From NCBI GenBank assembly GCA_034189085.1, contig JAXHVH010000003.1, positions 45,094 to 109,093 on the forward strand: 64,000 nucleotides of DNA, given 5' to 3'. This document shows positions 50,106 through 62,463 of this stretch, in pieces. The notes under the pieces were generated by a model. The model was not told the DNA's origin. It worked only from the letters and a program-made list of their open reading frames with translations, and made no database searches. The DNA is from Bacillota bacterium (lineage in GTDB: Bacteria; Bacillota; Dethiobacteria; DTU022). The position numbers and the translations under genes are program-made. Position 1 is the stretch's first letter, and each line of letters begins with the position of its first letter.

Positions 50106-51992
50106 ATGGCGCAATTGAAATTGCGCGGAATTAATATGAACGATCAGCTCAGGGAAAAAGTGTCCAGACTTCCCGATCTGCCCGGTGTTTACCTTCTTAA
50201 AAATGGGCAGGGACGGGTTATTTATGTCGGTAAAGCCGTTTCTCTTCACCGCAGGGTACGTTCTTACCTCGCCGAAAACCGGACTGCTGCACCTCGCCTG
50301 AAATCGTTGCAGAAAAAGTGGGAAGACATTGATTATATAGTAACTGATTCCGAAGTGGAAGCATTGATTCTCGAATGTAACCTGATCAAGGAGTACCGCC
50401 CCCGTTTTAACGTTCTGCTGAAGGATGACAAGGATTATCCTTATTTAATTATTACCCCCGAACTTTACCCGCGTCTTGAGCTGCTGCGGCTTTCTCAGAA
50501 GGGCAGTCGCAGAGCCCGTTATCAGCCGCTTCCCGGCAAGGATGAGCTTCGTTTTGGCCCCTACACAGATGTGGGTGCGGTCCGGGAAACGATGCAGCTA
50601 TTGAATTCTGTGTTTCCGCTTCGCCGCTGTCGGCAGCCGCTGGATGGCAGCCCGTCTTCCAGCCGCCCATGCTTGAATTTCCAGATGAAGCGCTGCCTTG
50701 CACCCTGCCGGGGACGGGAGGTCGTTCCCCCTGCTGAATATGACCGTATTGTATTTCAGGTAATTCTTTTTTTACAGGGGCGCTATGATGAACTGGAAAA
50801 AAAGTTAAAAAAACAGATGGAGAAGGCGGCAGCTGTTCAACGCTTCGAAGAAGCAGCCAGCCTGCGGGACAGGCTGCAGTCTCTGCAGAAAGTTACCGGT
50901 CAGCAGCAAAAGATGCTTTCAGCAGTTAATAAAACTGACCGGGACATAGTTGCCCTGGTCCGTTACGATAAGAAAAGAGCGGTTCACCTGTTTCGAGTCA
51001 GGGGTGGCAAAATGCTGAGCCGGGATCATTTCCTGCTTACCGGGACCGGTGATGTGGCTGATGACGAAATTATGGCTTCTTTTATTAAAGGCTATTACAA
51101 CCAGGCTGAAGAAACACCTGCTGAAATTGTTCTTTCCGTCGGCCCGGCTGAAACCGACCTGCTGGAGAAATGGCTGCGGGGGAAAAGAGGGCGCAGGGTA
51201 ACTTTGCGTCAGCCGCGGCGGGGCAACCTGAAAAAACTGATTGAACTGGCCGAGCGCAATGGCCTTTTGCAACTCCAGGAAGAGGAAGAGCGTCGGAAGA
51301 TGAGGATAGAAGAACCTTTGCAGGAACTGGCCCGCCTCTGCAGGCTACCGGAGATTCCTTTTCGTATAGAAGCCTATGATATTTCTCATCTCCGCGGTGG
51401 CCAGGCTGTAGGAGCGATGGCCGTTTTTCATAACGGAGAGCCGGATAAAGAATCTTACCGTCACTTTAATATCAGGGAAGCTCCTGCCGGTGATGATTAC
51501 GGAGCTCTGCGGGAAGTACTGATCAGGCGAAGCAAAAAAGAGCAATGGCCCCGGCCTGATTTAATCCTTGTCGACGGAGGCAGAGGACAGCTGCAAACTG
51601 TTAGAGGAGCGCTGCGTGATAGCAGATTGACAGGTGTTCCTGTAATATCACTGGCTAAAAATCCAGACCGCCTGTTCATGGAAGAGGCAACACTGCCGGT
51701 GCACCTTGCTTCCGATGACTCTTTGCTGCAGTTTCTGCAGCGCATCCGTGATGAGGTGCACCGGTTTGCCATCAGCAGCCACAGGCAGCGACGAGATCGC
51801 AGCGGGATTCGTTCAAAACTTGAAAATATCCCCGGTGTCGGACCCATCCGCAGGGCTGCTCTCCTTTCTCACTTTGGCAGTGTGGAGGATATTAAACAGG
51901 CAACACTGGAACAGCTGCTGGCGGTGCCTGGAATCAGCGATGCTCTGGCCGCTGTTGTCTACAACGAGCTGCACAGAGAAGGAAAGGCTTGA
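50106..51992 (+). CDS. uvrC: Excinuclease ABC subunit C
   Basis: GIY-YIG domain (PGVYL...YVGKA), EAYDISH, VDGGRGQ, RDEVHRFA, HhH. Confidence 0.97.
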   Translation: MAQLKLRGINMNDQLREKVSRLPDLPGVYLLKNGQGRVIYVGKAVSLHRRVRSYLAENRTAAPRLKSLQKKWEDIDYIVTDSEVEALILECNLIKEYRPRFNVLLKDDKDYPYLIITPELYPRLELLRLSQKGSRRARYQPLPGKDELRFGPYTDVGAVRETMQLLNSVFPLRRCRQPLDGSPSSSRPCLNFQMKRCLAPCRGREVVPPAEYDRIVFQVILFLQGRYDELEKKLKKQMEKAAAVQRFEEAASLRDRLQSLQKVTGQQQKMLSAVNKTDRDIVALVRYDKKRAVHLFRVRGGKMLSRDHFLLTGTGDVADDEIMASFIKGYYNQAEETPAEIVLSVGPAETDLLEKWLRGKRGRRVTLRQPRRGNLKKLIELAERNGLLQLQEEEERRKMRIEEPLQELARLCRLPEIPFRIEAYDISHLRGGQAVGAMAVFHNGEPDKESYRHFNIREAPAGDDYGALREVLIRRSKKEQWPRPDLILVDGGRGQLQTVRGALRDSRLTGVPVISLAKNPDRLFMEEATLPVHLASDDSLLQFLQRIRDEVHRFAISSHRQRRDRSGIRSKLENIPGVGPIRRAALLSHFGSVEDIKQATLEQLLAVPGISDALAAVVYNELHREGKA

Positions 51993-52150
51993 CTTAAAGA
52001 TAGGTGGATTTTATAAAAGGAATCGCCATGTAGCACGAACAAAATTGCGGTATATGCTATACTATTGTTACACAGCAAACTTTTTCGTTCAAATACTGCT
52101 CTTCATTTTTCCATGTGGATAGAAGGAAAAATACTGCGGAGGATCAACCA

Positions 52151-52993
52151 ATGAGTTTTCGATTAATTGCCGCCGATCTCGATGATACACTGCTCAATGA
52201 TGAAGCAAAGATCTCCGTCCGAACCCGACAGGCTATCAGGCAGGCTGTTGACAGGGGAATCTTATTTGTCATTGCTACCGGCAGGATGTATAGAACCAGT
52301 GTCCCATTTGTAAGGGATCTGGGACTCCATGGTGATGTTCCCATGATCAATTGCCACGGAGCCCTGGTAAAAATGTCTTCAAGTGAAGAAGTTATTCTAA
52401 GGCGCCCCCTGCTTATGGAAATGGCTGCAGCCGTTGTCGATGTGGTTGAAGAAAATGGTTGTTACGCCAGCCTCTTTTCAGATGACGTAATTTATATCAA
52501 GGAAGAAGGGGAACATTCCAGGTTTTACAGTCAGCTGGCCGATGTAAAACTGCAGATAACTGGTGATCTTCAGCACTTTTTACAGAGCGGAGAAATAATG
52601 CCGGATAAAATAAGTGTAATATGCCCGGAGGGCAGCCTTGATAAAATTGCCTCAGTTTTAAATCGCCGTTTTGGAGATAAGCTGTCCATGCTGCAAGCCC
52701 GCCCATTTTTTCTTGACATCACCGATCAAAAAGCTACCAAGGGTCAGGCTCTGTGCTGGCTGGCCGGGATAAAAGGCATTAAGCAGGAAGAAATACTGGC
52801 TTTTGGCGATGGACACAATGATCTGGATATGGTCGGCTACGCCGGTCTTGGTGTGGCCGTTGCCAATGCCAAACCAGAATTACTGAAAGCGGCAGATCTG
52901 GTTACCGCAGATAACAGCAGGGATGGAGTTGCGGTTGTGATCGAAAAGTACATTCTTAATCACAGCACTTATAAAACAGAAGGGTTTTATTGA
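52151..52993 (+). CDS. Cof-type HAD-IIB hydrolase
   Basis: ADLDDTLL, ATGR, KGQAL, AFGDGHNDLDM. Confidence 0.9.
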   Translation: MSFRLIAADLDDTLLNDEAKISVRTRQAIRQAVDRGILFVIATGRMYRTSVPFVRDLGLHGDVPMINCHGALVKMSSSEEVILRRPLLMEMAAAVVDVVEENGCYASLFSDDVIYIKEEGEHSRFYSQLADVKLQITGDLQHFLQSGEIMPDKISVICPEGSLDKIASVLNRRFGDKLSMLQARPFFLDITDQKATKGQALCWLAGIKGIKQEEILAFGDGHNDLDMVGYAGLGVAVANAKPELLKAADLVTADNSRDGVAVVIEKYILNHSTYKTEGFY

Positions 52994-53032
52994 TCACAGG
53001 GGAGGCTGATTACCATTGTTGAAGATGATGCC

Positions 53033-53878
53033 ATGAGGGTTGTGCTGATTACCGGTTTGTCCGGAGCAGGTAAGAGTTTCGCCCTGAACTGTTTTGAAGA
53101 TCTGGGTTATTACTGTGTTGACAATATGCCGCCTACGCTAATCCCCAAGTTTGCCGAACTATTTATCCAGTCTGAAAATAAAAAAGTAGCCCTGGTCTGT
53201 GATATGCGGGGTGCAGCCTTTTTTGAAGATCTTTTTATTGCTCTCAGGGAACTGGAAACTGGTGGGATCGATTATGAAATCCTTTTTCTCACTGCTGACG
53301 ATGATGTCCTGATCAGGCGTTTCAAGGAGACACGTCGCCGTCATCCCCTTGCTGACCTTAGCTTGCCGGAAGCAATTCAAAAAGAACGGGAAGCATTAAG
53401 TGAATTGCGGGGTAGAGCCAATCAGGTTGTAGACACATCTTATCTTAAACCGTGGGAATTGAAAAACCGCATAGTCGAGACCTATGAACCTGGTCAGCGT
53501 GATAAAAACATGCAGATCCGAATTATATCCTTCGGTTTTAAGTACGGCCTGCCTATTGATGCTGATCTTGTTTTCGACGTACGCTTTTTACCCAATCCTC
53601 ATTATGTTGATCATCTCAAGCCCTTAACGGGGGAAGATGAACAGGTCAGATCATATCTCTGGCGATGGCCTGAAACAGTGAAGTACTTTCAGATGGTAAA
53701 AGAGCTTCTTGAATTTTCCATCCCCTACTATGTCAAAGAGGGTAAAGCAAACCTGGTTATTGCCATTGGTTGTACGGGCGGGCATCACAGATCAGTCGTC
53801 CTGGCCGATGAGCTGGGCCGCGAGCTGGGGTCCCATTATAACCTTTTTGTTGAACACAGGGACATTGATAATAATTAA
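53033..53878 (+). CDS. rapZ: RapZ/YvcJ P-loop nucleotide-binding protein
   Basis: TGLSGAGKS, SFGFKYGLP, FDVRFLPNPHY, IGCTGGHHRSV. Confidence 0.95.
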   Translation: MRVVLITGLSGAGKSFALNCFEDLGYYCVDNMPPTLIPKFAELFIQSENKKVALVCDMRGAAFFEDLFIALRELETGGIDYEILFLTADDDVLIRRFKETRRRHPLADLSLPEAIQKEREALSELRGRANQVVDTSYLKPWELKNRIVETYEPGQRDKNMQIRIISFGFKYGLPIDADLVFDVRFLPNPHYVDHLKPLTGEDEQVRSYLWRWPETVKYFQMVKELLEFSIPYYVKEGKANLVIAIGCTGGHHRSVVLADELGRELGSHYNLFVEHRDIDNN

Positions 53879-53895
53879 TCCTGCTGGAGGAATGG

Positions 53896-54870
53896 TTGCA
53901 GGTGTCTTTAACTACACAGATCAAACATGAATTGGTTCGGCAGAACAATGCACTGCTTTGCTGCAGCTCTTGGGAATTGAAAGCCCTTCTGCTGAGGCAC
54001 GGTTATTATACTATAGGCAGCGGGAATCACATTCTGAGCATTGCGATCGAGGATAATGCTGTTGCCCGGCGGCTTTTTAACCTGCTCCATGAGGCTGGTG
54101 TAGAAAACCCACTGATAATCAGGCAGCAGGAACGAAGGCTTGGTTTAAACCGTTTCCTGGTTCAGATCACAGGAAAGGAACAGATTGATGCTCTGCTGAT
54201 CTATCTGGATTTAAAAGAAGCCGGACGCCAGATCGGTTTCTACAGGAGAAAAACTGCGCTGCCGAGGCGGGTCTGCTGCCGCAGGGCTTTTTTAAGAGGG
54301 CTTTTCCTTGCCGGGGGGAGTGTGAGTGTCTCGAAACGTTCCGGTTACCACCTGGAGTTGAACTGCGGCAGCAGCGAAGATGCCGAAATCTATTATCGGG
54401 TCTTGAAAAGCTTCAACCTTTCCCCACTGGTCAGAAAAAGAAAAAATGATTCTTTTATCTATTTTAAAAATGCAGAAGCTGTTGCCGATTTTTTACGGAT
54501 TATCGGGGCGGGAGGGGCACTTTTGCAGCTCGAAAGCATGCGTGTTGTAAAAAGCATGCGCAACAGGGTCAACCGCCTTGTGAATTGTGAAACGGCAAAT
54601 TTGGAAAAGGTAGTTGCATCAGCCCAGCATCAGCTTGAGACAATCGAACAAATTGATCGTTTTATTGGACTCAAGAATATTCCCCTTCCCCTGCAGGAAG
54701 CAGCTCTGGCTCGCAGAAGCCATCCTGAAGCATCATTGAAAGAACTTGGCGAGTTATGTGATCCTTCCATCAGCAAATCAGCTATGAATCACCGCTTCCG
54801 CCACCTTGAAAAAATTGCAGAGAAAGCAACTGCTATTACTATAAGCAAAAAGCATGCCAGCCGGAAGTAA
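53896..54870 (+). CDS. whiA: DNA-binding protein WhiA
   Basis: RAFLRGLFLAGGS, YHLE, RNRVNRLVNCETANL, HPEASLKELG. Confidence 0.95.
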   Translation: MQVSLTTQIKHELVRQNNALLCCSSWELKALLLRHGYYTIGSGNHILSIAIEDNAVARRLFNLLHEAGVENPLIIRQQERRLGLNRFLVQITGKEQIDALLIYLDLKEAGRQIGFYRRKTALPRRVCCRRAFLRGLFLAGGSVSVSKRSGYHLELNCGSSEDAEIYYRVLKSFNLSPLVRKRKNDSFIYFKNAEAVADFLRIIGAGGALLQLESMRVVKSMRNRVNRLVNCETANLEKVVASAQHQLETIEQIDRFIGLKNIPLPLQEAALARRSHPEASLKELGELCDPSISKSAMNHRFRHLEKIAEKATAITISKKHASRK

Positions 54871-55007
54871 AAGGGGAGGATTTCTTGACGCCCATGTCGA
54901 AATAGGCATCATCAGGACAGCTTTTTAGATCCTCTCTACCCGAAAGCCCCGCAAACAGCTATAACATTCCATCCGTGCGGGAATATCTGTGAACAGGAGA
55001 ATCAGCG

Positions 55008-56453
55008 GTGAAACTTGGTTACAATCTGAAGCTTGAACAGACCCAGAAGCTGATTATTACTCCGGAGCTCAAACTGGCCATTACCCTGCTTCAGTATTCC
55101 ACCCTTGAACTGCAAGATCACATCCAGGAAGAACTTCTCAACAACCCGGTGTTGGAGATCCAGGATAATAGAGAAGAGGAAAAAAACAAGCCGGCCGATT
55201 TGAACGAAGAACATGAACAGGATCAGACAAACGATGATGAGTTCCCCTGGGAAGAATATTTCCGTGATATGGATGTGGATATGTCTTTTACACGGGGCAG
55301 CCTGGCGAAAGGGAATGATGAAAGGCCTTCCGTTGAAAATTGTGCCGGAGCAGGGGGTACAATGCTCGAAGATCTGTTGAGTCAGCTGAGAATGCTTTCT
55401 TTGAGTGATCGACAGTACAGGATTACCGCTTTTCTTGCCGGTAATCTTGATCATAAAGGCTATCTGCAGGGTGAGATTGAAGAGTTGTCCGCTGCTCTTG
55501 GTGCACCAGCGGAAGAACTGGAAGAAGCACTGGCTATATTACAGAAATTGGAACCAACTGGCATCGGTTGCCGGAACCTGCAGGAATGCCTTCTTCTTCA
55601 ACTTAACAGAATGGAAAGGGTTCCCGAACAGGCCTTGAAAATTGTCAAGAGGTATTTGCCGGCAGCCGCTGACGGTCGCTTTGCTTATATTTCCTCTCGC
55701 CTTGGTTGCACCGAGAAGGAAGTTGAAGAAGCAGTTTCTGTCATCCGCACTTTGAATCCCAAACCCGGCAGCATCTTCGTTGGAGGGGATGAAACTCGTT
55801 ATATTGTGCCCGATGTGATTGTTGAAAAAGTCGATGATCGTTATGTAATCATGAGCAACGACAACAGTGCCCCTCAGTTGACAATCAACCCGTTTTATAA
55901 GCGCATGCTCTCCGGCGGTACCGCCGATGAAAAATTGACTGCCTTCATTAAAAATAAAATTGAAAGAGCTTACTGGCTGATTCGCAGTATCGAACAGAGA
56001 CGTCTCACCCTGTTCAGGGTTTCTCAGCAAATTATCGACCTTCAGAGGCCTTTTTTGGACGAAGGTATAAAAAAATTGAAACCCTTAACCCTCAAGGAAG
56101 TGGCCGTTAATGTGGGAGTCCACGAGTCGACAGTAAGCAGAGCTACAGCCAATAAATACATCCAAACTCCACGCGGCCTTTTCCCCCTCAAATTTTTCTT
56201 TTCCAGCGGCATAAGTGGAAGTGAGGGAGCAGATTATTCCTCGCGCAGTATTAAAAAATATATTCATGAGCTGGTAGATGCTGAAGATCCGGGTAAACCA
56301 CTCAGCGACCAGCACCTCGCGGAGATACTTCGAGAAAAGGGTATCAGCATTTCCAGGAGAACTGTTGCCAAATACCGGGAGGAAATCTCCATTCCCGCTT
56401 CATACAAGAGGCGTCGTAATACGACTGTCGGGAGGAAGCAAAAAAATGATTAA
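55008..56453 (+). CDS. rpoN: RNA polymerase sigma-54 factor
   Basis: EPTGIGCRNLQECL, HESTVSRATANKY, RpoN box SRRTVAKYRE. Confidence 0.97.
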   Translation: MKLGYNLKLEQTQKLIITPELKLAITLLQYSTLELQDHIQEELLNNPVLEIQDNREEEKNKPADLNEEHEQDQTNDDEFPWEEYFRDMDVDMSFTRGSLAKGNDERPSVENCAGAGGTMLEDLLSQLRMLSLSDRQYRITAFLAGNLDHKGYLQGEIEELSAALGAPAEELEEALAILQKLEPTGIGCRNLQECLLLQLNRMERVPEQALKIVKRYLPAAADGRFAYISSRLGCTEKEVEEAVSVIRTLNPKPGSIFVGGDETRYIVPDVIVEKVDDRYVIMSNDNSAPQLTINPFYKRMLSGGTADEKLTAFIKNKIERAYWLIRSIEQRRLTLFRVSQQIIDLQRPFLDEGIKKLKPLTLKEVAVNVGVHESTVSRATANKYIQTPRGLFPLKFFFSSGISGSEGADYSSRSIKKYIHELVDAEDPGKPLSDQHLAEILREKGISISRRTVAKYREEISIPASYKRRRNTTVGRKQKND

Positions 56454-57630
56454 CAAAAAAAGCATAGAAGATGTTGAGGTTGCGGGGGAAAAAATATTAG
56501 TGCGGAGCGATTTCAACGTTCCGCTGGAGAACGGACGGGTCCGTGATGACACCAGGATCAAAGCAGCCGTACCAACCATACAATCCCTGATTAACAGGGG
56601 AGCCAGGGTAGTGCTGGCTTCCCATCTGGGGCGCCCCGGAGGAGAACCGAAACCGGAACTGAAAATGGACCCGGTTGCTGATAGACTGGCCTTAATTCTT
56701 GGCCGGCCAGTTCAGAAAATCAACTCCGTTGTTGGCCCTGAAGTTAATAAAAAGGTTGTGGAAATGCAAGAAGGAGAAGTTTTGATCCTGGAAAACCTGC
56801 GTTTTGAAAAAGGGGAAGAGAAAAATGATCCCCAATTTGCCCGCCTGCTGGCTGAACCTTTTGATCTCTTTGTCAATGATGCTTTTGGCACCGCCCACCG
56901 TACCCATGCTTCGACAGCAGGAGTGGCCTCTTTTTTGCCGGCTGTAGCCGGACTGCTGATGAAAAAAGAGATTGAAGAACTGAGCCGTTGTTTGAACGAT
57001 CCGGCTCGTCCGCTGACGGCAATCATTGGCGGAGCCAAGGTCTCAGGTAAGATTAATGTAATCCGGCGCTTCCTGGATCTGGCCGACAATCTCCTGCTTG
57101 GAGGTGGCATGGCCAACACCTTCCTCGTGGCCGATGGTTTTACCCTGGGTGATTCTTTTTATGAGGAAGAAATGGTTGAAGAGGCAGCTGACCTTCTTGA
57201 TGAGAGCGAAGAAAGCAGGTGCTGTTTGCTCCTGCCTGTTGATCTGGCAGTGACGGAAGAGCTTAAGACGGGTTCCTCCTTCAAAAATTTAAGCCCCGAA
57301 GAGGTGGAAGAAGGAGGTAAGGCGGTTGATATTGGCCCGGAAACCGTTGCTCTTTTTGGCGATATCATTGCCGACGCCGCTATGATTATCTGGAATGGTC
57401 CTATGGGAGTATTTGAGGTGCCGCCTTTTGACAACGGTACGGCTGGTGTGGCTGCCGCGATAGCCGGCAGTGAAGCTTATTCAGTAGTTGGAGGTGGGGA
57501 TCTGGTAGCCGCCCTGGAAGGGCTTGGATTGACTGAAAAAATTAATTTTATATCCACCGGCGGCGGGGCTACTCTGGAATTTTTGGAAGGGAAAGAACTG
57601 CCGGGAATTGCGGTACTGCAGGATAAATGA
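56446..57630 (+). CDS. pgk: Phosphoglycerate kinase
   Basis: RSDFNVPL, SHLGRP, LENLRF, VNDAFGTAHR, ISTGGGATLEFLEG; ATG 56446 overlaps the end of rpoN. Confidence 0.98.
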   Translation: MINKKSIEDVEVAGEKILVRSDFNVPLENGRVRDDTRIKAAVPTIQSLINRGARVVLASHLGRPGGEPKPELKMDPVADRLALILGRPVQKINSVVGPEVNKKVVEMQEGEVLILENLRFEKGEEKNDPQFARLLAEPFDLFVNDAFGTAHRTHASTAGVASFLPAVAGLLMKKEIEELSRCLNDPARPLTAIIGGAKVSGKINVIRRFLDLADNLLLGGGMANTFLVADGFTLGDSFYEEEMVEEAADLLDESEESRCCLLLPVDLAVTEELKTGSSFKNLSPEEVEEGGKAVDIGPETVALFGDIIADAAMIIWNGPMGVFEVPPFDNGTAGVAAAIAGSEAYSVVGGGDLVAALEGLGLTEKINFISTGGGATLEFLEGKELPGIAVLQDK

Positions 57631-57673
57631 AAACCGTAAAGGTGCCGGCCGAACAAAACCGGGGGGAATAACC

Positions 57674-58447
57674 ATGAAGCTGATTATTGCTGCGAACTGG
57701 AAAATGCATAAGACAGCAGCCGAAACGGTTGCTTTTTGTCACGATTTTTGCCGTAAACTTGAAAGGTACAAAGGAATTGATATTTTGCTTTGCCCGCCCT
57801 TTACTGCCCTGGCTGCTGCGGCAGATGCCCTGTCCGGGACAACGGTGAAGCTGGGAGCACAGAATATATACTGGGAAAATGAGGGGGCGTTTACAGGCGA
57901 AATATCTGCCCCCATGCTCCTCGAACACAGGGTTGAGTTTGTAATCATCGGGCACTCTGAAAGACGGCATTTAATGGGTGAAACCGACAGCCAGGTTCAC
58001 AAAAAAATGTTAGCTGCGTTAAACAGTGGTCTCAGGCCGATTCTCTGCGTTGGCGAAACGGAAGAAGAAAGGAAGCGGCAGGCCACTGCCTCAGTGCTGG
58101 AACGTCAGCTTAGAGGAGCTCTGGAAGGTCTTGATCCTGCTGAAACGGAAAGCCTGGTCATAGCCTACGAGCCGGTTTGGGCTATCGGTTCCGGCCAGGC
58201 AGCTTCTGCTGAAGATGCTGAAGAGGCTGCCCTTCTGATCCGGGAAATGGTTAAAAAGCTGCTGGGGGAAAGATCTGCAAGGGGACTGCGGATCCAGTAT
58301 GGAGGTAGTGTTAAGGACAGCAACATCGGTCTTTTCGTCAGAATGCCTTCCATTGACGGGGCCCTGGTTGGCGGGGCCAGCCTGCAGGCAGAATCATTCA
58401 GGGGACTCATCTGTGCTGCCGGTGATTCTTTAACCGAGGGAAAATGA
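57674..58447 (+). CDS. tpiA: Triosephosphate isomerase
   Basis: ANWKM, GHSERR, AYEPVWAIG, YGGSV, LVGGASL. Confidence 0.98.
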   Translation: MKLIIAANWKMHKTAAETVAFCHDFCRKLERYKGIDILLCPPFTALAAAADALSGTTVKLGAQNIYWENEGAFTGEISAPMLLEHRVEFVIIGHSERRHLMGETDSQVHKKMLAALNSGLRPILCVGETEEERKRQATASVLERQLRGALEGLDPAETESLVIAYEPVWAIGSGQAASAEDAEEAALLIREMVKKLLGERSARGLRIQYGGSVKDSNIGLFVRMPSIDGALVGGASLQAESFRGLICAAGDSLTEGK

Positions 58448-58518
58448 TCTGATTTTATAAATAAAGGGCGGTTTCAATTACCACAGAATTGAAGAGCATA
58501 GATGGGGAGTGATCGTAA

Positions 58519-59799
<1,281 letters not shown>

Positions 59800-59865
59800 T
59801 CCCTGCCAGCCATCAAAGCGGATCTGGTAAAAAAAGGAATGGTATTAGCCGATAAAAATAACTGT

Positions 59866-59894
59866 TTGTCAAAGTACCGGATCTATGTTAAAAT
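59866..59894 (+). promoter_or_regulatory. Sigma-A promoter for secG
   Basis: TTGTCA-17bp-TAAAAT with extended TG. Confidence 0.6.
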
Positions 59895-59940
59895 AAGGGC
59901 TGTTCGCTATTCAGTGATAGTTTTTGGAGGTTAATATAAA

Positions 59941-60165
59941 ATGATTGGGACAGTGATTACCGTAATTTACTTGATTATATGCATCGCGTTGATTGGCATT
60001 GTGCTTTTGCAGTCCGGACGCAGCGCCGGTCTCGGTGCAATTGCGGGCGGTGCCCAGTCTTTGGTCGGTAAAAAGAAAGGGCTGGACGAGAAGCTGAGTA
60101 AAGCAACCACGTATGTGGCCGTTGCTTTCATGCTCTTTACTATTTTGCTGCTAGTTATTAACTAA
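59941..60165 (+). CDS. secG: Preprotein translocase subunit SecG
   Basis: VLLQSGRSAGLGAIAGGA, two TM helices; eno-secG-rnr-smpB synteny. Confidence 0.93.
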   Translation: MIGTVITVIYLIICIALIGIVLLQSGRSAGLGAIAGGAQSLVGKKKGLDEKLSKATTYVAVAFMLFTILLLVIN

Positions 60166-60193
60166 CAGCAGTGTTTTGAAAAATATTATTGAC

Positions 60194-60229
60194 GGCAGGG
60201 GAGCCGGTTGTGTCCCCTGCCTTTTATTT
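60194..60229 (+). terminator. Rho-independent terminator after secG
   Basis: GGCAGGGGA / TCCCCTGCC stem followed by TTTTATTTT. Confidence 0.75.
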
Positions 60230-60333
60230 TATCGGGGAAGGATTTATAATGATATCAAGCATTAATTTTGGAGAGGCAATTAAATTGCCGTACGAAAGGC
60301 GTGGTTTAATAATTGGAAAAGAGAAGTAATACC

Positions 60334-62463
60334 ATGAAAGAAATTCAGAATAAAATTGAAGAAATCTTAAAAGATCATAAAAAAAATGCTCTTACCGAAA
60401 AAGATCTCCTATCAGCCCTTGGACTGCAAAGCCAGGATAAAAAAGTTTTAGTTGATGAATTAAGAAAGATGGAGAATGATGGAAGGTTGATAAAAACCGC
60501 CCGCGGCCGGTATGGATTACCCGAGCGTCTCAACTACCTGGCGGGAATCCTGCAGGGTAACAAACGGGGTTTTGCCTTTCTCCGTCCGGATCTGAAGAGC
60601 GAAGATGTGTTCATCAGTGCCGATAACTTGAAAGGTGCTGCACACGGTGATCGGGTGATGGTTCGCCTTGAAAACAGAAAAAGAAGCAAAAAGCGCCGTG
60701 AAGGGACGGTCATTGGCATTCTTAAACGAGGCAGCAACCGTCTCGTGGGGACTCTTCACCGCGACAAGAAAAATTATTATGTTATTCCTGACGATCGGCG
60801 CTTTCCCGGTCCGATCATAGTTCCCTTTAAAAAAGTAAAGGGCCCTGAAGTGGGCGACAAGGTTGTAGTGGAGATTGAAAAGTGGGGTCAGGGGACTAAA
60901 CCGTCGAGGGGAAAAATAGTCGAGCATTTCGGTCCTGCCGGTAGCCAGCTGACTGAGAAACTTGCATTTTCCCACAAGTATGAGCTGCCCGGTGATTTTC
61001 CGCCCGCTGTTTTAAAAGCCCTGGACCAGCTTCCGGGTGAAGACGAAGTTGCCGAAGCGTTGTCGTCGGAAGGACGGGAAGATCTGCGCGACCTGAGTAT
61101 GGTTACGATAGATGACGAGCTGGCCCGTGATTTTGACGATGCCGTATCTTTACAGGAACTCCCCGGCGGGAGCTGGCGATTGGGAGTTCACATTGCCGAT
61201 GTTTCTCACTATGTGAGGGAAGGTAAACCCATAGACCGGGAAGCTTTTAGAAGAGGAACCAGTATTTACCTGGCGGAACGGGTTATTCACATGCTGCCGC
61301 CTGCACTTTCAGAAAATCTTTGCAGTTTGCAGGCGAACAAAAATCGTCTTGCCGTCAGTGTGATTATGGACATTGATGATCGGGGAGAAATGACCGGGGC
61401 CCGTTTTACACCCAGCCTGATCAAAGTAACCGAGCGATTAACATACCAGCAGGTTGAGGCACATTTAAAAGGGCAGCAGGAAAAGCCTGCTTTTAAAGAT
61501 AAGTCGCTTAAAGCGATGCTGGACAATATGTCAACTTTGGCGGAAGTGCTGCGCCGGCGGCGCATGAAACGGGGAGCACTGGATCTCGATCTTCCCGAAG
61601 CGAGAATTGAGGTTGATGAAGAAGGAGTTCCTGTGACTATTGAAAAACGGGTGATGGGGCGTTCCGAATCACTGATCGAAGAATTTATGATTTACTGTAA
61701 TGAAGCGGTAGCGGGCTATCTGATTGGGAAAGAAAGGCCCTGTATATTCCGTGTGCATGCTGTTCCGGCCGAGGAAAAACTGGCCCAGCTACGTGAAACC
61801 CTGACCCTGATGGGCATCGGGGCTCTGTCCAATATAAAGATTCTCAAGCCGGAACATTTGATCGGCCTCCTGGAACAGACCAGGGGAGAACGGACGGAAA
61901 GATTAGTCCGCTACCTGGTACTGCGCTCACTGCCGCAGGCCATGTACAGTGCTGAGAACGAAGGGCATTTTGGCCTTGCTTCCCAGTACTACTGTCACTT
62001 TACATCGCCCATCCGGCGCTATCCCGACCTGGTGGTGCACCGTATTCTCAAGCAGCAGCTATCTCCACAGGGATTGTCCGGTGAAAGAGCAAAACGTCTG
62101 CAGGCCAGGCTGCCCGAAGTAGCATTGTATTCATCAGAAAGAGAACGAGCCGCAGTGGAAGCTGAAAGAGCAGATGAAGAGATTAAAAAGGCGCAGTACA
62201 TGGAACAAAAAATCGGTGAAGTTTATTCCGGTATCATCAATGGAGTGACCAACTTTGGCCTTTTTGTCGAGCTTGACAATACCATAGAAGGCATGATCCC
62301 GGTCGGTGAACTGGATGACGACTATTACATATATAATGAAAAGGCCGCTTCCCTGGTCGGCGAGAGAAAACGAAAAACCTATCGCCTGGGAGATGCCATT
62401 AAAGTGCGGGTAATCAGGGCCAGCAGGGAAGAAGGGCAGGTCACCTTTGCCCCGGCAGAATAA
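60334..62463 (+). CDS. rnr: Ribonuclease R
   Basis: HGDRV, TIDDELARDFDDA, HIADVSHYV, HFTSPIRRYPDL, C-terminal S1 domain. Confidence 0.96.
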   Translation: MKEIQNKIEEILKDHKKNALTEKDLLSALGLQSQDKKVLVDELRKMENDGRLIKTARGRYGLPERLNYLAGILQGNKRGFAFLRPDLKSEDVFISADNLKGAAHGDRVMVRLENRKRSKKRREGTVIGILKRGSNRLVGTLHRDKKNYYVIPDDRRFPGPIIVPFKKVKGPEVGDKVVVEIEKWGQGTKPSRGKIVEHFGPAGSQLTEKLAFSHKYELPGDFPPAVLKALDQLPGEDEVAEALSSEGREDLRDLSMVTIDDELARDFDDAVSLQELPGGSWRLGVHIADVSHYVREGKPIDREAFRRGTSIYLAERVIHMLPPALSENLCSLQANKNRLAVSVIMDIDDRGEMTGARFTPSLIKVTERLTYQQVEAHLKGQQEKPAFKDKSLKAMLDNMSTLAEVLRRRRMKRGALDLDLPEARIEVDEEGVPVTIEKRVMGRSESLIEEFMIYCNEAVAGYLIGKERPCIFRVHAVPAEEKLAQLRETLTLMGIGALSNIKILKPEHLIGLLEQTRGERTERLVRYLVLRSLPQAMYSAENEGHFGLASQYYCHFTSPIRRYPDLVVHRILKQQLSPQGLSGERAKRLQARLPEVALYSSERERAAVEAERADEEIKKAQYMEQKIGEVYSGIINGVTNFGLFVELDNTIEGMIPVGELDDDYYIYNEKAASLVGERKRKTYRLGDAIKVRVIRASREEGQVTFAPAE